Virus record (IMG/VR): IMGVR_UViG_3300001918_000036
Span: 1 to 52,423 of that record
Source: a virus
Taxonomy: Duplodnaviria > Caudoviricetes
Reading direction: 5' to 3' (one strand)
Length of the DNA stretch: 52,423 nucleotides
In this document: in pieces, positions 8,827-17,945 of the stretch
Numbering within the stretch: position 1 is the stretch's first letter
Layout: each line of letters begins with the position of its first letter
Notes under the pieces: model-generated
Database searches by the model: none
Told to the model about the DNA's origin: nothing
What the model saw: only the letters and a program-made list of their open reading frames with translations
Made by a program: the position numbers and the translations under genes

Positions 8827-9293
8827 GCCCCCAGAAATGTTGAAGGATTTACACGGCTAACTTTTCGGAAGCCTTGGAATTTACTGGCTTTTGGTGCAAC
8901 TTCGCCCACCCATTCCTTCAGCTTTACCGTCACTTCAGCGCTGAGTAGGTTGGCCTGGGCATCAGTTACCCGATACACCAGGGGCATGGATTCAAGAATC
9001 CAGTAGCCGTGGAACTTGCCTCCAATGGTGAGGGGGATAGCTTCCTGGGTATCCCCCATTTTGCGGATTAGCTCGATCTCTTCTGCCGGATTACTGAAGT
9101 TGACATGAAAGCGCCACACAATCTCCCAGGTTTTGAGTTTGCCACCGACCTGTTGTAACAAGGGTTTGCCTTGGATGCGCTCATGTTGCACGTAGTTCCA
9201 CTCTTCGGTGGGCGTCATCTTGATGGGCGATCGCAGCCCTTGATAGGTTTGAGTGCCGAGCTGGCAGAAATCCTCAGCATTGAATTTGCTCAC
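8823..9293 (-). CDS. Tail tube initiator, P2 gpU-like
   Basis: YVQHERIQGKPLLQQVG...G.WILES...LKEW; lies after the tape measure gene. Confidence 0.85.
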   Translation of the reverse strand: MSKFNAEDFCQLGTQTYQGLRSPIKMTPTEEWNYVQHERIQGKPLLQQVGGKLKTWEIVWRFHVNFSNPAEEIELIRKMGDTQEAIPLTIGGKFHGYWILESMPLVYRVTDAQANLLSAEVTVKLKEWVGEVAPKASKFQGFRKVSRVNPSTFLGA

Positions 9294-9295
9294 GT

Positions 9296-11650
9296 CTAAG
9301 CCCCCGCATAGTTAATCCGGGCATCGCGCCGCTGCAAATCCTGCATCAATCGTCCGATTTCATCACGGTGCTCTTCGAGCATGGCTCTGAAATCCTGAGG
9401 ATTGGCACCAGGCCCAAGCGTTACCTGGGGGGCGTAGGTCAAGCTCATCCCCCCACTGGATCCCTGGGGGGCGATGCCCCCCCCAGAGTTGCCCAGTGGA
9501 ATTGGAGAAGCACTCGGTGCAGACATCATGCTCCCCACCGGACTCATTGCATTGCTCATCGCGCTTTGCAGTGGCCCTGGTACGATGCCGCTGGCGATCG
9601 AGTTCACGATATTGCCACCGGAACTCATGATGTCGGAGAGCGGTCCCCACTCGGGAGGGGAGAAAGGCAACGCGCCTCGGACCATACTTGCCACACTGCT
9701 AATGGCACTCCGCACCGCACCCGCACCGGACATAATCCCTTGTGCGATCGAGGTAACGATATTCCGCCCTGCGGCCACCATCTGCGATGCGATCGCCATC
9801 ACCGCTGATACCATCTGCGAACCCATTGCCCGCACCGCACCCACCGCAGCCGCCGTTCCTCCGGTGATAGCGGCCACCACCCCCTGGATAGCGGCTACCG
9901 CCTGGGCGCGAATCATAGCCCAGACCATTGCAAAGGCCATACCCATCGACTGGAAGGTGGCTGAAATCTGGGCAACAATTCCGGCAATCGTCGTTTGGAT
10001 GCCTTGGAAGGCCATCTGGGCGCTAAGACGTAAGTTAAAGAAAGCCATCTGCACTTGGAATAGCATGGCCTGGAAAATGGCGGCGATCGCTGCTGGGACT
10101 TGGGCAAGATTGGCTGGCATAGCGGCAAGGCTTGATTGGATTACTGCTATGAATTCCTGGAACGTGAAGGACGTTCCGGTGAGAGCTGCTCCGATTGAGA
10201 ACACGGCATACACCACACTCAGGAGAATGCCAGCCAGCGCTGCTGCTGAAGTGATCGCAGATACAATCCCACGAACAGCGTTGGCCGCAGCTACCAGGCC
10301 GGGATATTGGCCCGCTGCCAGTGCAAGTTGAAATGCTTGCCATGCCGCCATCGCACTCATCATTCCGCCAATAGCACTCACAACCATGCCGATTCCAATG
10401 ATGAGCGGCCCAATCGCGGCGGCTGCCAGGGCGATCGCTACTCCAACTTTGATGATGCCGGGATGAGCGGCTGCGAACTCAGCAAATCCAGAAACCAAGG
10501 GTGTAAGAGCGCTCAAGATTGAATTGATAGCAGGCAAGATTGCTGAACCAATGGAAGCTCCAAGGATGAACATTTGCGCTCGGAAGCTTTCCATCTGCGC
10601 CTGGGTGGTTTTCAGGCGGTTTTCGTAGCTAGCCTCCATTCCGCCAGATTGCACATTGCCGATAGATTCCAGCGTTGCTTTAAAGTTGTCCAGGTTTTGG
10701 GTCGCTGCCGTAAGTAAAGCCGAGTCTGAGCCAGTTCCAAATAGAGCCTGGAAAATGCCCGTATCGCCTGATTTTTGAGCGGCCTCCAGTAGGGTGGTAA
10801 TCGCGCCTGTCGCATCTTCGGCCACCATCTTCTCGAACTGGGCTGCTGGTAGATCGATACTTGCAAGCGCTTCCTGGAATCCCTCGGTTTGTTGGGTGGC
10901 ATTTTGCAATTTGGGAAGCATCGCGTTCATGGCCGTTCCCACCACTTCAGGTGGATACCCCAAATTTAGGAAGCCTGTGGCCAGGGCCGCGCCTTCTTCA
11001 TTCAGCAAGCCAAACATACGCATTGTCGAGCCGGAACGCTGCAACACACTGGCGATCGCCCTCTCGCTGGTTGCTCCAGTATCTGCCAGGTAGTTGATGG
11101 TATCCCCAAGCTGGCTGAGGCCCTGCAAGTCCACCATGCCAGTTTGTGAATCGAACAGGCCCATCACGTTGGTCAGGGTGGCTACGGCTCCCCCGGCCTC
11201 TTCCCCTGTCATGTCCCAGGCAACTCCCGCCTGGTTGACCAGTCGAGTATAGTCGCCAATCTGATTTCGAGCTACCCCCAATTTCCCGGCCTCTGCGTAG
11301 AAGTCGGCAATCGTTGTGGGCATTTGGCCCAACTCCGCAGAAAGCGCTACAACTTCAGCCTGAAGCGCCCGTGCTCCGTCTGTGTTCGGCTGCACTCCCA
11401 ACGCCTTATTGGTATCAGACATAGCCGATTCCAACTCGATCGCCGCATTTACCGAAGCCCCAAGCCCCTCCATAATGGGCCTGGAAACGTTATTGGTATA
11501 CTGCTGCCCAAAATTGGTGAGGCGCTCGCCCACCTCCAGGGTGTTGCGAGCGCGTTCCTGCATGCTTTCAATTTCTTGTGCAACGTCTCGAATTGGGCCG
11601 CTGGCTTCGTTAATGGCGCTGATCAAGATTTCGAGCTTTGATTGCGCCAT
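9296..11650 (-). CDS. Tail tape measure protein (TP901-type core)
   Basis: 784 aa, A/G-rich; AIELESAMSD motif; hydrophobic mid-section. Confidence 0.93.
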   Translation of the reverse strand: MAQSKLEILISAINEASGPIRDVAQEIESMQERARNTLEVGERLTNFGQQYTNNVSRPIMEGLGASVNAAIELESAMSDTNKALGVQPNTDGARALQAEVVALSAELGQMPTTIADFYAEAGKLGVARNQIGDYTRLVNQAGVAWDMTGEEAGGAVATLTNVMGLFDSQTGMVDLQGLSQLGDTINYLADTGATSERAIASVLQRSGSTMRMFGLLNEEGAALATGFLNLGYPPEVVGTAMNAMLPKLQNATQQTEGFQEALASIDLPAAQFEKMVAEDATGAITTLLEAAQKSGDTGIFQALFGTGSDSALLTAATQNLDNFKATLESIGNVQSGGMEASYENRLKTTQAQMESFRAQMFILGASIGSAILPAINSILSALTPLVSGFAEFAAAHPGIIKVGVAIALAAAAIGPLIIGIGMVVSAIGGMMSAMAAWQAFQLALAAGQYPGLVAAANAVRGIVSAITSAAALAGILLSVVYAVFSIGAALTGTSFTFQEFIAVIQSSLAAMPANLAQVPAAIAAIFQAMLFQVQMAFFNLRLSAQMAFQGIQTTIAGIVAQISATFQSMGMAFAMVWAMIRAQAVAAIQGVVAAITGGTAAAVGAVRAMGSQMVSAVMAIASQMVAAGRNIVTSIAQGIMSGAGAVRSAISSVASMVRGALPFSPPEWGPLSDIMSSGGNIVNSIASGIVPGPLQSAMSNAMSPVGSMMSAPSASPIPLGNSGGGIAPQGSSGGMSLTYAPQVTLGPGANPQDFRAMLEEHRDEIGRLMQDLQRRDARINYAGA

Positions 11651-11655
11651 TACTG

Positions 11656-11812
11656 TTACTTCCCTTTACCCTTTGCAGCTTTCCAAAACTCTTCTACTTG
11701 CTCACACCAGTAGGCCACCTCATCGGCCTCCATCTCATCGATTTCTTTTAAACTCCAACCAGTCGTGTGAGCGAGAGCAATTATGCTTTGCCCGGTTGGG
11801 TATTTGATTCCC
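11656..11812 (-). CDS. GpE'-like segment of the tail assembly chaperone, reached by -1 frameshift
   Basis: The -1 frame reads GIKYPTGQSIIALAHTTGWSLKEIDEMEADEVAYWCEQ...*, a P2 GpE'-type motif with no start codon of its own; G5 run at 11810-11814. Confidence 0.7.
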
Positions 11813-12083
11813 CCTTGCTTCCCTGTACCTCCTGAGCCAGGGTATTAAAATCATCCAGGTCAAGATCCATTACGTCCTCAAAGGTGAGGAAGGTTCCGTC
11901 TACTTCCACCAGCAAGGAAACCAGATAGTACACAACATCTTCGGGATGCTTCGGCCCAGCTTGCCGCTGAGCGTTTCTCAGATCGCGAGTTTTCGCGGTG
12001 TGCAATACCCGAAAGGTTCGGCCATCGGACAGCTTGGGAAGGGTGGCGATCGCCTCGCTCTGAGTCTCATTCGCTTTGGTCAT
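11781..12083 (-). CDS. Tail assembly chaperone (P2 gpE/Mu gp41-like)
   Basis: Between tube and tape measure genes; EDVMDLDLDDFNTL motif. Confidence 0.85.
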   Translation of the reverse strand: MTKANETQSEAIATLPKLSDGRTFRVLHTAKTRDLRNAQRQAGPKHPEDVVYYLVSLLVEVDGTFLTFEDVMDLDLDDFNTLAQEVQGSKGESNTQPGKA

Positions 12084-12128
12084 GGTCTACTCCAAGGGAA
12101 CGTGGAACTAAATAAAAACTGAAAAGTT

Positions 12129-12638
12129 TTACAGGGCCAGGTTTTGGCGGAATCCGGCGAGTAGGTCTACTCCACCTGCCTTGTAGATGTTGTTGTGGGC
12201 ATCAAACTCGACAATGACCTCCCGGCCAAACACCTGCTTGACGTAATGCACCGCCAGTTCCGACTCAAATTCGGCCTGCTCTTTCTGGCTGTAGGTGCCC
12301 AGGGGGTTGACTTTAAAGATGGCCCGCATAGTTGTGACCAGGGCGGTGGTCGATTCCCGGCCTGTTTGGCCATAGGTTTCGACGCTGGCTCGCACCTGTA
12401 GCTCGACGGCCCGAGTGAAATCAGCCGCAAGCCGCGCCCACTCGGGATAGAAGCTATCCCAGGTAATGGTTGCCTCTAGCGGCTCAATGCCATCGACATA
12501 CTCTGGGGTGCCAAAAATGCCCAGGCTTTCTTGCTCAGATAGGGTCAGCTCAATATCCGGCAATTCAATTTCCTTTGCACGGCCTACAAAGTTGTTGCCG
12601 TTCATGTAGATATTGGCGTTGCTGATACGGTTGGGCAT
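12129..12638 (-). CDS. Tail tube protein (P2 FII-like)
   Basis: NANIYMNG.NFVGRAKEIELP...YVKQV...EFD..NNIYK.GGVDLLA. Confidence 0.93.
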   Translation of the reverse strand: MPNRISNANIYMNGNNFVGRAKEIELPDIELTLSEQESLGIFGTPEYVDGIEPLEATITWDSFYPEWARLAADFTRAVELQVRASVETYGQTGRESTTALVTTMRAIFKVNPLGTYSQKEQAEFESELAVHYVKQVFGREVIVEFDAHNNIYKAGGVDLLAGFRQNLAL

Positions 12639-12690
12639 CGTGGGCCTCTTAAGGTGTCAGGTCAGAAGATAGAAGACAGAAGGTAGAAGG

Positions 12691-14148
12691 TTAGGCGTCA
12701 GCGAGCGATCGCCCTAACTGGTTCAAGAAAGTGATGTCAATCAGGCTCTCAAAGGTGATGCGCTCTGCTGGAGGCGGAGGCATGAAACTCAGACTGAAGG
12801 TGATGTGACCCAGAGCCAGTTCGGTTGCTGGGTTCAGGTCTGGGTTGTAGCTGCACTCGCCATCGATGAGTGCTCCACGCCCAATCAGGGTGCGGATGAA
12901 GGCGTTACAGGATTCGGTGATCGACTCGATCAGGGCGTTGTTGATGGGGCGATCGATGAACTGCAACATGCTGTATTCCAGCGACTCATGCAGGATGTCG
13001 GCCACCCGCCGAATATTGATGAAATTACGAGGTGCCGTCACCGTGGGCCATGCCGTTGAACGGTTCCCCCAGGTGCGGATGCCAGTCCCGAAATCCTTAA
13101 AGGTAGTAACGATGCCCTGCTCATTCAGCAGGTTCACCTCACTGGTATTGTCGTTGATCGAAGCCGTCAATCGACGCTCAACGCCAGTAATGCCATTGAT
13201 TTCGGTATTGGATGCGCTCCACCAGTAGCCGCGATCGTTGTCCTTCTTTGCCATTACCCCAGCCCAGTATGGGCTGAAGGGTACCAATTCCTCAGTGTTG
13301 GTGCTGATATTCAAGCGCTTCAGGTGGGGATAGCACGCTACCAAACGATCAGAACTGGTGTTGAAATCCACAGCTCCACCGACTCCACGGCTGGCGATCG
13401 CATTATCAAACGTAATGCTGACAGGCAGGTCGGCAACGGCGATCGCCCGTTCCTTCTCAGCGATTGTCACCATTTCAGTCCAGACGGCACGAGTACCGCT
13501 GAAGCCAGGAGCAATAAGCGTTTTGATGTGATAGCCGAAAGTGGGGTAGGCATCCAGGAACGCTTGCATCCCAGTGCGGTTGCCGCCAGCGTCTACCGTG
13601 CCGATGATTTCAGCATTGGTAACTTTGGTGGGATCCAGGTAGCTGTAATCCACCAGGATGCTTGTGCTGGTTGTGATAGCACTACCAGTCGCAGGTAGTG
13701 TCAGTTTGCCGTTGGTGGAATCCAGTGTGTAGTCTGTGTTTGCGACATAGGTAGGTGTTCCACCTGCGCCTGTTACCGTCACCGCCGAAACCTGCGAATG
13801 GGCCAGAGTGATTTCGCGATCATCCCCAAAGGTATGGGCCTCATCGGTAACAGTGGTGGTGTCGGTCGCCGTATCCAGGCAATTCACCACAATGCACAAA
13901 CCTGCGCCCTGGTCGAAGATGGCATCAAGGGCCTGCGGAATTGTGAAACCACTACGATCCTGGCCGAAGTAGCGCACCGCATCACGCTTGTTGGTGATGA
14001 GCTTCATGGTATTGAGGGTGCGATCGCCTGCTGCAACGTCCAGCATGGGAGCGCTGCCTACTAAACCAATCACCGCCGTCCGTACCTGTCGGATCGGAGT
14101 GAGGCCGCTATCAATTTCGATGGTTTCTACACCGTGCAAAAAGGTCAT
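12691..14148 (-). CDS. Contractile tail sheath protein (P2 FI-like)
   Basis: FLHGVETIE...TAVIGLVG; WWSASNTEING; WGNRS; FINIRR; PPPPAERITF. Confidence 0.95.
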   Translation of the reverse strand: MTFLHGVETIEIDSGLTPIRQVRTAVIGLVGSAPMLDVAAGDRTLNTMKLITNKRDAVRYFGQDRSGFTIPQALDAIFDQGAGLCIVVNCLDTATDTTTVTDEAHTFGDDREITLAHSQVSAVTVTGAGGTPTYVANTDYTLDSTNGKLTLPATGSAITTSTSILVDYSYLDPTKVTNAEIIGTVDAGGNRTGMQAFLDAYPTFGYHIKTLIAPGFSGTRAVWTEMVTIAEKERAIAVADLPVSITFDNAIASRGVGGAVDFNTSSDRLVACYPHLKRLNISTNTEELVPFSPYWAGVMAKKDNDRGYWWSASNTEINGITGVERRLTASINDNTSEVNLLNEQGIVTTFKDFGTGIRTWGNRSTAWPTVTAPRNFINIRRVADILHESLEYSMLQFIDRPINNALIESITESCNAFIRTLIGRGALIDGECSYNPDLNPATELALGHITFSLSFMPPPPAERITFESLIDITFLNQLGRSLADA

Positions 14149-14369
14149 TGTGCGGCTTCCTCGGTTGATTTACTGGATTTGCGGGTGGGTTTTGCAGGGG
14201 CTTCCACCTTTGATAAAAACTTGTTGCAGACCATAGCCTGCACCTGGGAGTTATCCGCTGGCAGGTCATAGTCCTTGCCAGGGTGGAGGGTGATGTCGGT
14301 GACTGATTCTCCATCTCGCAGGGAGAGAGAACACACCGGGCCTTGATACTTAAACCGGGATACCGCCAA
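14145..14369 (-). CDS. Small hypothetical virion-region protein
   Basis: 74 aa; stop overlaps the sheath start (ATGA). Confidence 0.65.
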   Translation of the reverse strand: MAVSRFKYQGPVCSLSLRDGESVTDITLHPGKDYDLPADNSQVQAMVCNKFLSKVEAPAKPTRKSSKSTEEAAQ

Positions 14370-14841
14370 CGGTCAATCCTCCAAAATCGTCAATTGCCTG
14401 GATCTGGGTGAGTAAGCTCCCCAGTTCATCACTTGCTGCCTCTACCACGTAGGCTTCGGCCACGTAAACTGCCTCGCAAACCCAGTAGTTTTCTAGCTGT
14501 CCTAAGAATTCCCGACTCTTTAAATAGAGCTTTTGGCAGTGCGGCGGCTGCCAACCGTACAGCAGCAGGTTTACCGCCTTCAACAAAGCCTCAGCCCCAG
14601 ATTCATCCCGCCATGAGGACGATCGCACCTCTATCCGCCAGTCCATCCGTACCGACTGGAACTGTAGGTCGGTCATTTCGGGAGCCTCTGGCCGATCCTC
14701 TTTCCAGAAGATCAGCACCTGTGGAGCGCCATTCAGCTCACCATATTCCTTCATCTTGTTGGGAAGGCCACGGACGATGACCCCAGCATCACGGATGGGG
14801 GCCAGCCGACTCACCAAAGCCTCTCGAATTTCGCTTAACAT
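14350..14841 (-). CDS. Tail completion/terminator protein (Mu gp37-like)
   Basis: Position upstream of the sheath; LLYGWQPP motif. Confidence 0.65.
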   Translation of the reverse strand: MLSEIREALVSRLAPIRDAGVIVRGLPNKMKEYGELNGAPQVLIFWKEDRPEAPEMTDLQFQSVRMDWRIEVRSSSWRDESGAEALLKAVNLLLYGWQPPHCQKLYLKSREFLGQLENYWVCEAVYVAEAYVVEAASDELGSLLTQIQAIDDFGGLTVGGIPV

Positions 14842-14943
14842 CAGGCAACTCCAGGCAGGTATTCAGGTGGGTGATGCGCTTGCGGAGGCGATCGCCCTTG
14901 CATAACAGGGGCCAATAGAGCAATGCCCACAGCCGAAATGTCC

Positions 14944-15360
14944 TCATAGCGTCCCCAGATAGCTTTCAAAAATTCGTTCAATGGGTGGCTTGTGCCGTGC
15001 GGCAATGCCGATAAATGGCCGCGACACCATCTTGCTGGTACCAGTGGCGTGGAAGATGCCGTATCTCACACCCTCAGAGCGCACTCGCACGCTGCTGGCA
15101 CTGGCAGGTTCTTTGGCAATGCTGCCAGCCAGGGCGCTACTTTCCCTGAGGATGGCGCTACCACGCTTCTGGCGAAGTGTGGAGGGTTTCAGCGCGGCCC
15201 ACGGTTTTCCATCGGGATCTGATTGGCGTGCAAAATTAAGGCGGGTCTCCCTTTCCATGTAGAGGCCCGCTTCATCAAGTGGCTCCTGGAGGTTGTCCAG
15301 CCCTTCGCTAAGCCGATTTAGATCCGCTAAAACCTTCTCTGCCTTGATGCGAATCCTCAC
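14944..15360 (-). CDS. Virion morphogenesis protein (Mu gpG/P2 gpS-like)
   Basis: NFARQSDPDGKPWAALKPST...YGIFH.TG...SRPFIG. Confidence 0.88.
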   Translation of the reverse strand: MRIRIKAEKVLADLNRLSEGLDNLQEPLDEAGLYMERETRLNFARQSDPDGKPWAALKPSTLRQKRGSAILRESSALAGSIAKEPASASSVRVRSEGVRYGIFHATGTSKMVSRPFIGIAARHKPPIERIFESYLGTL

Positions 15361-15388
15361 TGCAAAAGCCTTGTAACGCTACATTTAG

Positions 15389-15397
15389 ACAATTCCT
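15389..15397 (-). promoter_or_regulatory. Putative late promoter -10 element AGGAATTGT
   Basis: RGGAAYNNT match about 32 nt upstream of GTG 15360; would restart transcription after the antisense moron. Confidence 0.5.
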
Positions 15398-15414
15398 ATG
15401 GAGGTGATCGATTT

Positions 15415-15744
15415 ATGAAATGCGAACTGATGGTTACTGAAAATCAAGACGTTGAAGAAACCTTCCACTGGTTGAGGTCAATAGGAATTTATTTGGATAC
15501 ACCCGATGACATAATCGATTTTGTCCCTGTTATTTATCTTGAGCTAATAGAAATACCAACAGTTTTAGAGATTCTTGGGCAGAGTGGCGAGCTAATAGTC
15601 AAGAAAATTACAAGCCACGGAATTTTGTTCTACATCAGTCAGTTTTCTATTGAGGATCCAGAGTTGAAGCGCCGTGTGTTGGGTGATTTCGCTGACAAGG
15701 TTATCTTTTGTCCGATGAGCAATGTGAAAGCCATTTGGGTTTGA
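15415..15744 (+). CDS. AT-rich moron, hypothetical protein
   Basis: GGAGG RBS; opposite strand; low GC. Confidence 0.7.
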   Translation: MKCELMVTENQDVEETFHWLRSIGIYLDTPDDIIDFVPVIYLELIEIPTVLEILGQSGELIVKKITSHGILFYISQFSIEDPELKRRVLGDFADKVIFCPMSNVKAIWV

Positions 15745-15751
15745 TTTGCCC

Positions 15752-16189
15752 CTACAGAAGCGCTTCACCCCAGTTCACTGTCTGGGTTAAATACCCTTCA
15801 ATTGGAGCACCCAGTGCCGCGCTAGTGCCGAAAGCGGAGGCGATCGCCATCTCCAGGTAGAAGTCTCCGGTGACGGGAGCTGCGAATCCGCCCAGGTCGT
15901 TGATAGTGGCTGTGGCCTTTGCCCCTACCTGCACCGTAGCAGGTAGGGCCGCTGGGATTCGCTCCACGCCACCCACCGAAACCGATACAATCCGGCCTTT
16001 TATGTAGATTCGCGGCATCTCTCCAGCTTCGACGGCTTTGGGCTGGGCTGTCCGGTTCTGCGCTCTGAGGTAGCACTGCACCACCCATTCCTCCACCATC
16101 GCCACGGGTTCTCCCAGGTCGTTGATGTCGGGTTCTCCAGTTGGCACCAGAAAGGTAAGGGTGGCATTAGCAGGAAACGGGCTGGCCAT
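15752..16189 (-). CDS. Putative head-tail joining protein
   Basis: GAGGAG RBS; position in the neck module. Confidence 0.55.
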   Translation of the reverse strand: MASPFPANATLTFLVPTGEPDINDLGEPVAMVEEWVVQCYLRAQNRTAQPKAVEAGEMPRIYIKGRIVSVSVGGVERIPAALPATVQVGAKATATINDLGGFAAPVTGDFYLEMAIASAFGTSAALGAPIEGYLTQTVNWGEALL

Positions 16190-16191
16190 CG

Positions 16192-16293
16192 TTACTCCTC
16201 GGGATAGCGTGGGTCACGGTCCTGGCTCACAGCCCACACCATCGCAACGGGTGCAACTATCAGAAGACCACAGAGCAGAATCAGTATCGCCAT
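16192..16293 (-). CDS. 33-aa single-transmembrane peptide downstream of the endolysin (not in ORF track)
   Basis: MAILILLCGLLIVAPVAMVWAVSQDRDPRYPEE*; AAGGAAG upstream; stop lies 2 nt before the next ATG. Confidence 0.55.
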   Translation of the reverse strand: MAILILLCGLLIVAPVAMVWAVSQDRDPRYPEE

Positions 16294-16362
16294 TCTTCCT
16301 TTTCCAGGATTAGGTGGATAGCAGTCAGGGCGATCGCCGCAACGACGATCGCCCATTCAGGT

Positions 16363-17043
16363 TTATTTCAGGTAGAGACTTCGTTCTTCCTGTCGCCTGC
16401 GGGTCAATCCGGGCAACACCCTTCCACCGCCTTTATTCCAAAGCAGGAAGGCGTCAGCAGCCCGTGCAAAGTCCCTCTGGTTGTGGAATTTCACTACACT
16501 GCTGCGGGCGATCGCCCCTGTGCCGATGTTGTAAGCAAGGCTGGTCAGAGCGTCGAACTGATTTTGGCTGGCTGGCACTTTCAGGCAGTCCAGTACGCCT
16601 TTCTCATAGCGCTGTACTTCCTTACGGAGGCGTTGAGCGGCTTCTGGCTCGCTAATCCACTGGCCTCTCAGGACTCCATGGGTACTGCCGTAGCCAATCG
16701 TCCACACCCCTGCCGGACAGAGGTAGGCGTTTGCTCTGAAGCCCTCGTACCGCTTGATCAGGCTCAGTCCTGTTTCTGAAATATGGGTGTCAATGTCCAG
16801 ATCGGCAACAATGGGCTGTTCAAATTCAATGTGAGATTTGAATACACACCAGGTGTTCCAGCGTTGCGAACCCAGGTTTTGAGCAAAGGTAACGGTCCAG
16901 TGGTTTCCCCCGGCCTCACGATAGGCTAAAACCTCAAAGACTTCACCTGTTTTTACATTTAGCTTGTGAGTATCCGGAACTTGGCTTGAAGGCAGAATGC
17001 TGTTTTTCTTGAAGATGGTCTGGTGAGTGATGAAGCCTTTCAC
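16363..17043 (-). CDS. Endolysin, GH24 lysozyme with an N-terminal accessory domain
   Basis: IKRYEGFRANAYLCPAGVWTIGYG...NQFDAL.S.AYNIG...GLTRRRQEERSL; GGAGG precedes GTG 17043. Confidence 0.92.
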   Translation of the reverse strand: MKGFITHQTIFKKNSILPSSQVPDTHKLNVKTGEVFEVLAYREAGGNHWTVTFAQNLGSQRWNTWCVFKSHIEFEQPIVADLDIDTHISETGLSLIKRYEGFRANAYLCPAGVWTIGYGSTHGVLRGQWISEPEAAQRLRKEVQRYEKGVLDCLKVPASQNQFDALTSLAYNIGTGAIARSSVVKFHNQRDFARAADAFLLWNKGGGRVLPGLTRRRQEERSLYLK

Positions 17044-17149
17044 GGCATTCCTCCGGATATTTTTTTGGGTCGCACGGTGGATTTTTCGCATGGGCAACCG
17101 ACGCCATTAATAGGGCTGTGGCGATCGCCAGCAGTAGAGTACGGATCAT
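16943..17149 (-). CDS. Small protein with a signal peptide, overlapping the endolysin 5' end
   Basis: MIRTLLLAIATALLMASVAHA|K...; ATGA-coupled to the upstream gene. Confidence 0.5.
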   Translation of the reverse strand: MIRTLLLAIATALLMASVAHAKNPPCDPKKYPEECRERLHHSPDHLQEKQHSAFKPSSGYSQAKCKNR

Positions 17150-17523
17150 GGCCTGAAAGCCGCTGAGTAGGATCGAGGAATGCGTCGGTTGCTGGCAGTT
17201 CCGGAGCTAGAGCCAGCCTCAAAGCCAGGAGGGGGTGTAACACCGTTGGCGGTATCGTAGGCCAGTTGTAGAGCCAAAAGGGATGCGATTGGCGTGGCCA
17301 TGCCAGTGAATTTAGCTCCATCGGCCTCGCTGATGGACTGATCAGGCCGGTTCTGTTCAAGCCACTTCGCAGCCACGTAGAACGGCCTGTAGTGCTTCAC
17401 CCCGCTAGTGTCTAGCCCTGCTGATAGCTCCAGTAATTCACCCATGTAGGCGTCAGCACTGGCGGGAGCGGTTGCCCTTTCTTTGGCACGGGTCAGGGCT
17501 TCAGAAAGTACGGTATAAGCCAC
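17146..17523 (-). CDS. Putative head completion/connector protein
   Basis: 125 aa; position after the capsid genes. Confidence 0.6.
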   Translation of the reverse strand: MAYTVLSEALTRAKERATAPASADAYMGELLELSAGLDTSGVKHYRPFYVAAKWLEQNRPDQSISEADGAKFTGMATPIASLLALQLAYDTANGVTPPPGFEAGSSSGTASNRRIPRSYSAAFRP

Positions 17524-17525
17524 AG

Positions 17526-17945
17526 CTATGCCTCACCCTCAGGGAACTGCCATTGGGCGATCGCATCCCAGTCCACCAACTTGTCACCCAGCATTGAAGC
17601 GGCCTGGTCAAGGCTCAGGTACCCATACTCAGGCCGTTTTGTCAGGAGCTTCGCCCCACGGCCCGCCCCGATGCTGGGTAAGGGTTTCAGGTCATCAGCC
17701 GTGATGGCGGTGTTGAGCAGAAGCAGAGCATCGGAGATGGGGATGGTGTCAGGCTCCGGAGTTCCGGAGTCATTGGAGGGAAGCTCCACCTCGTTTAGTT
17801 GGTTCCCCGTTTGAGGTGGAGCAATTTCGTCATGAGTTGATGCACCCAAACCGAGCGCCGCTGCCAGATCAGCAGGAATGTCGCGATCGCCCTTTGGGTA
17901 AAGGCGACCACGCCAGAGCTTATCTTCGGTCAGGTGAGTTTTCAT
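17526..17945 (-). CDS. Helix-hairpin-helix motif protein
   Basis: LLNTA.TADDLKPLPSIGAGRGAKL (HhH, ComEA-like). Confidence 0.7.
   Translation of the reverse strand: MKTHLTEDKLWRGRLYPKGDRDIPADLAAALGLGASTHDEIAPPQTGNQLNEVELPSNDSGTPEPDTIPISDALLLLNTAITADDLKPLPSIGAGRGAKLLTKRPEYGYLSLDQAASMLGDKLVDWDAIAQWQFPEGEA

Noticed and set aside
9363-11807. Long antisense or alternate-frame ORFs over the tape measure gene (also 20039-20974 and 27495-28175)
   Set aside because: Shadow ORFs of GC-rich coding sequence with no RBS or motifs
468-14841. Tailocin/eCIS/T6SS suggested by PAAR and sheath
   Set aside because: Capsid, portal, terminase and tape measure genes are present, so this is a phage tail
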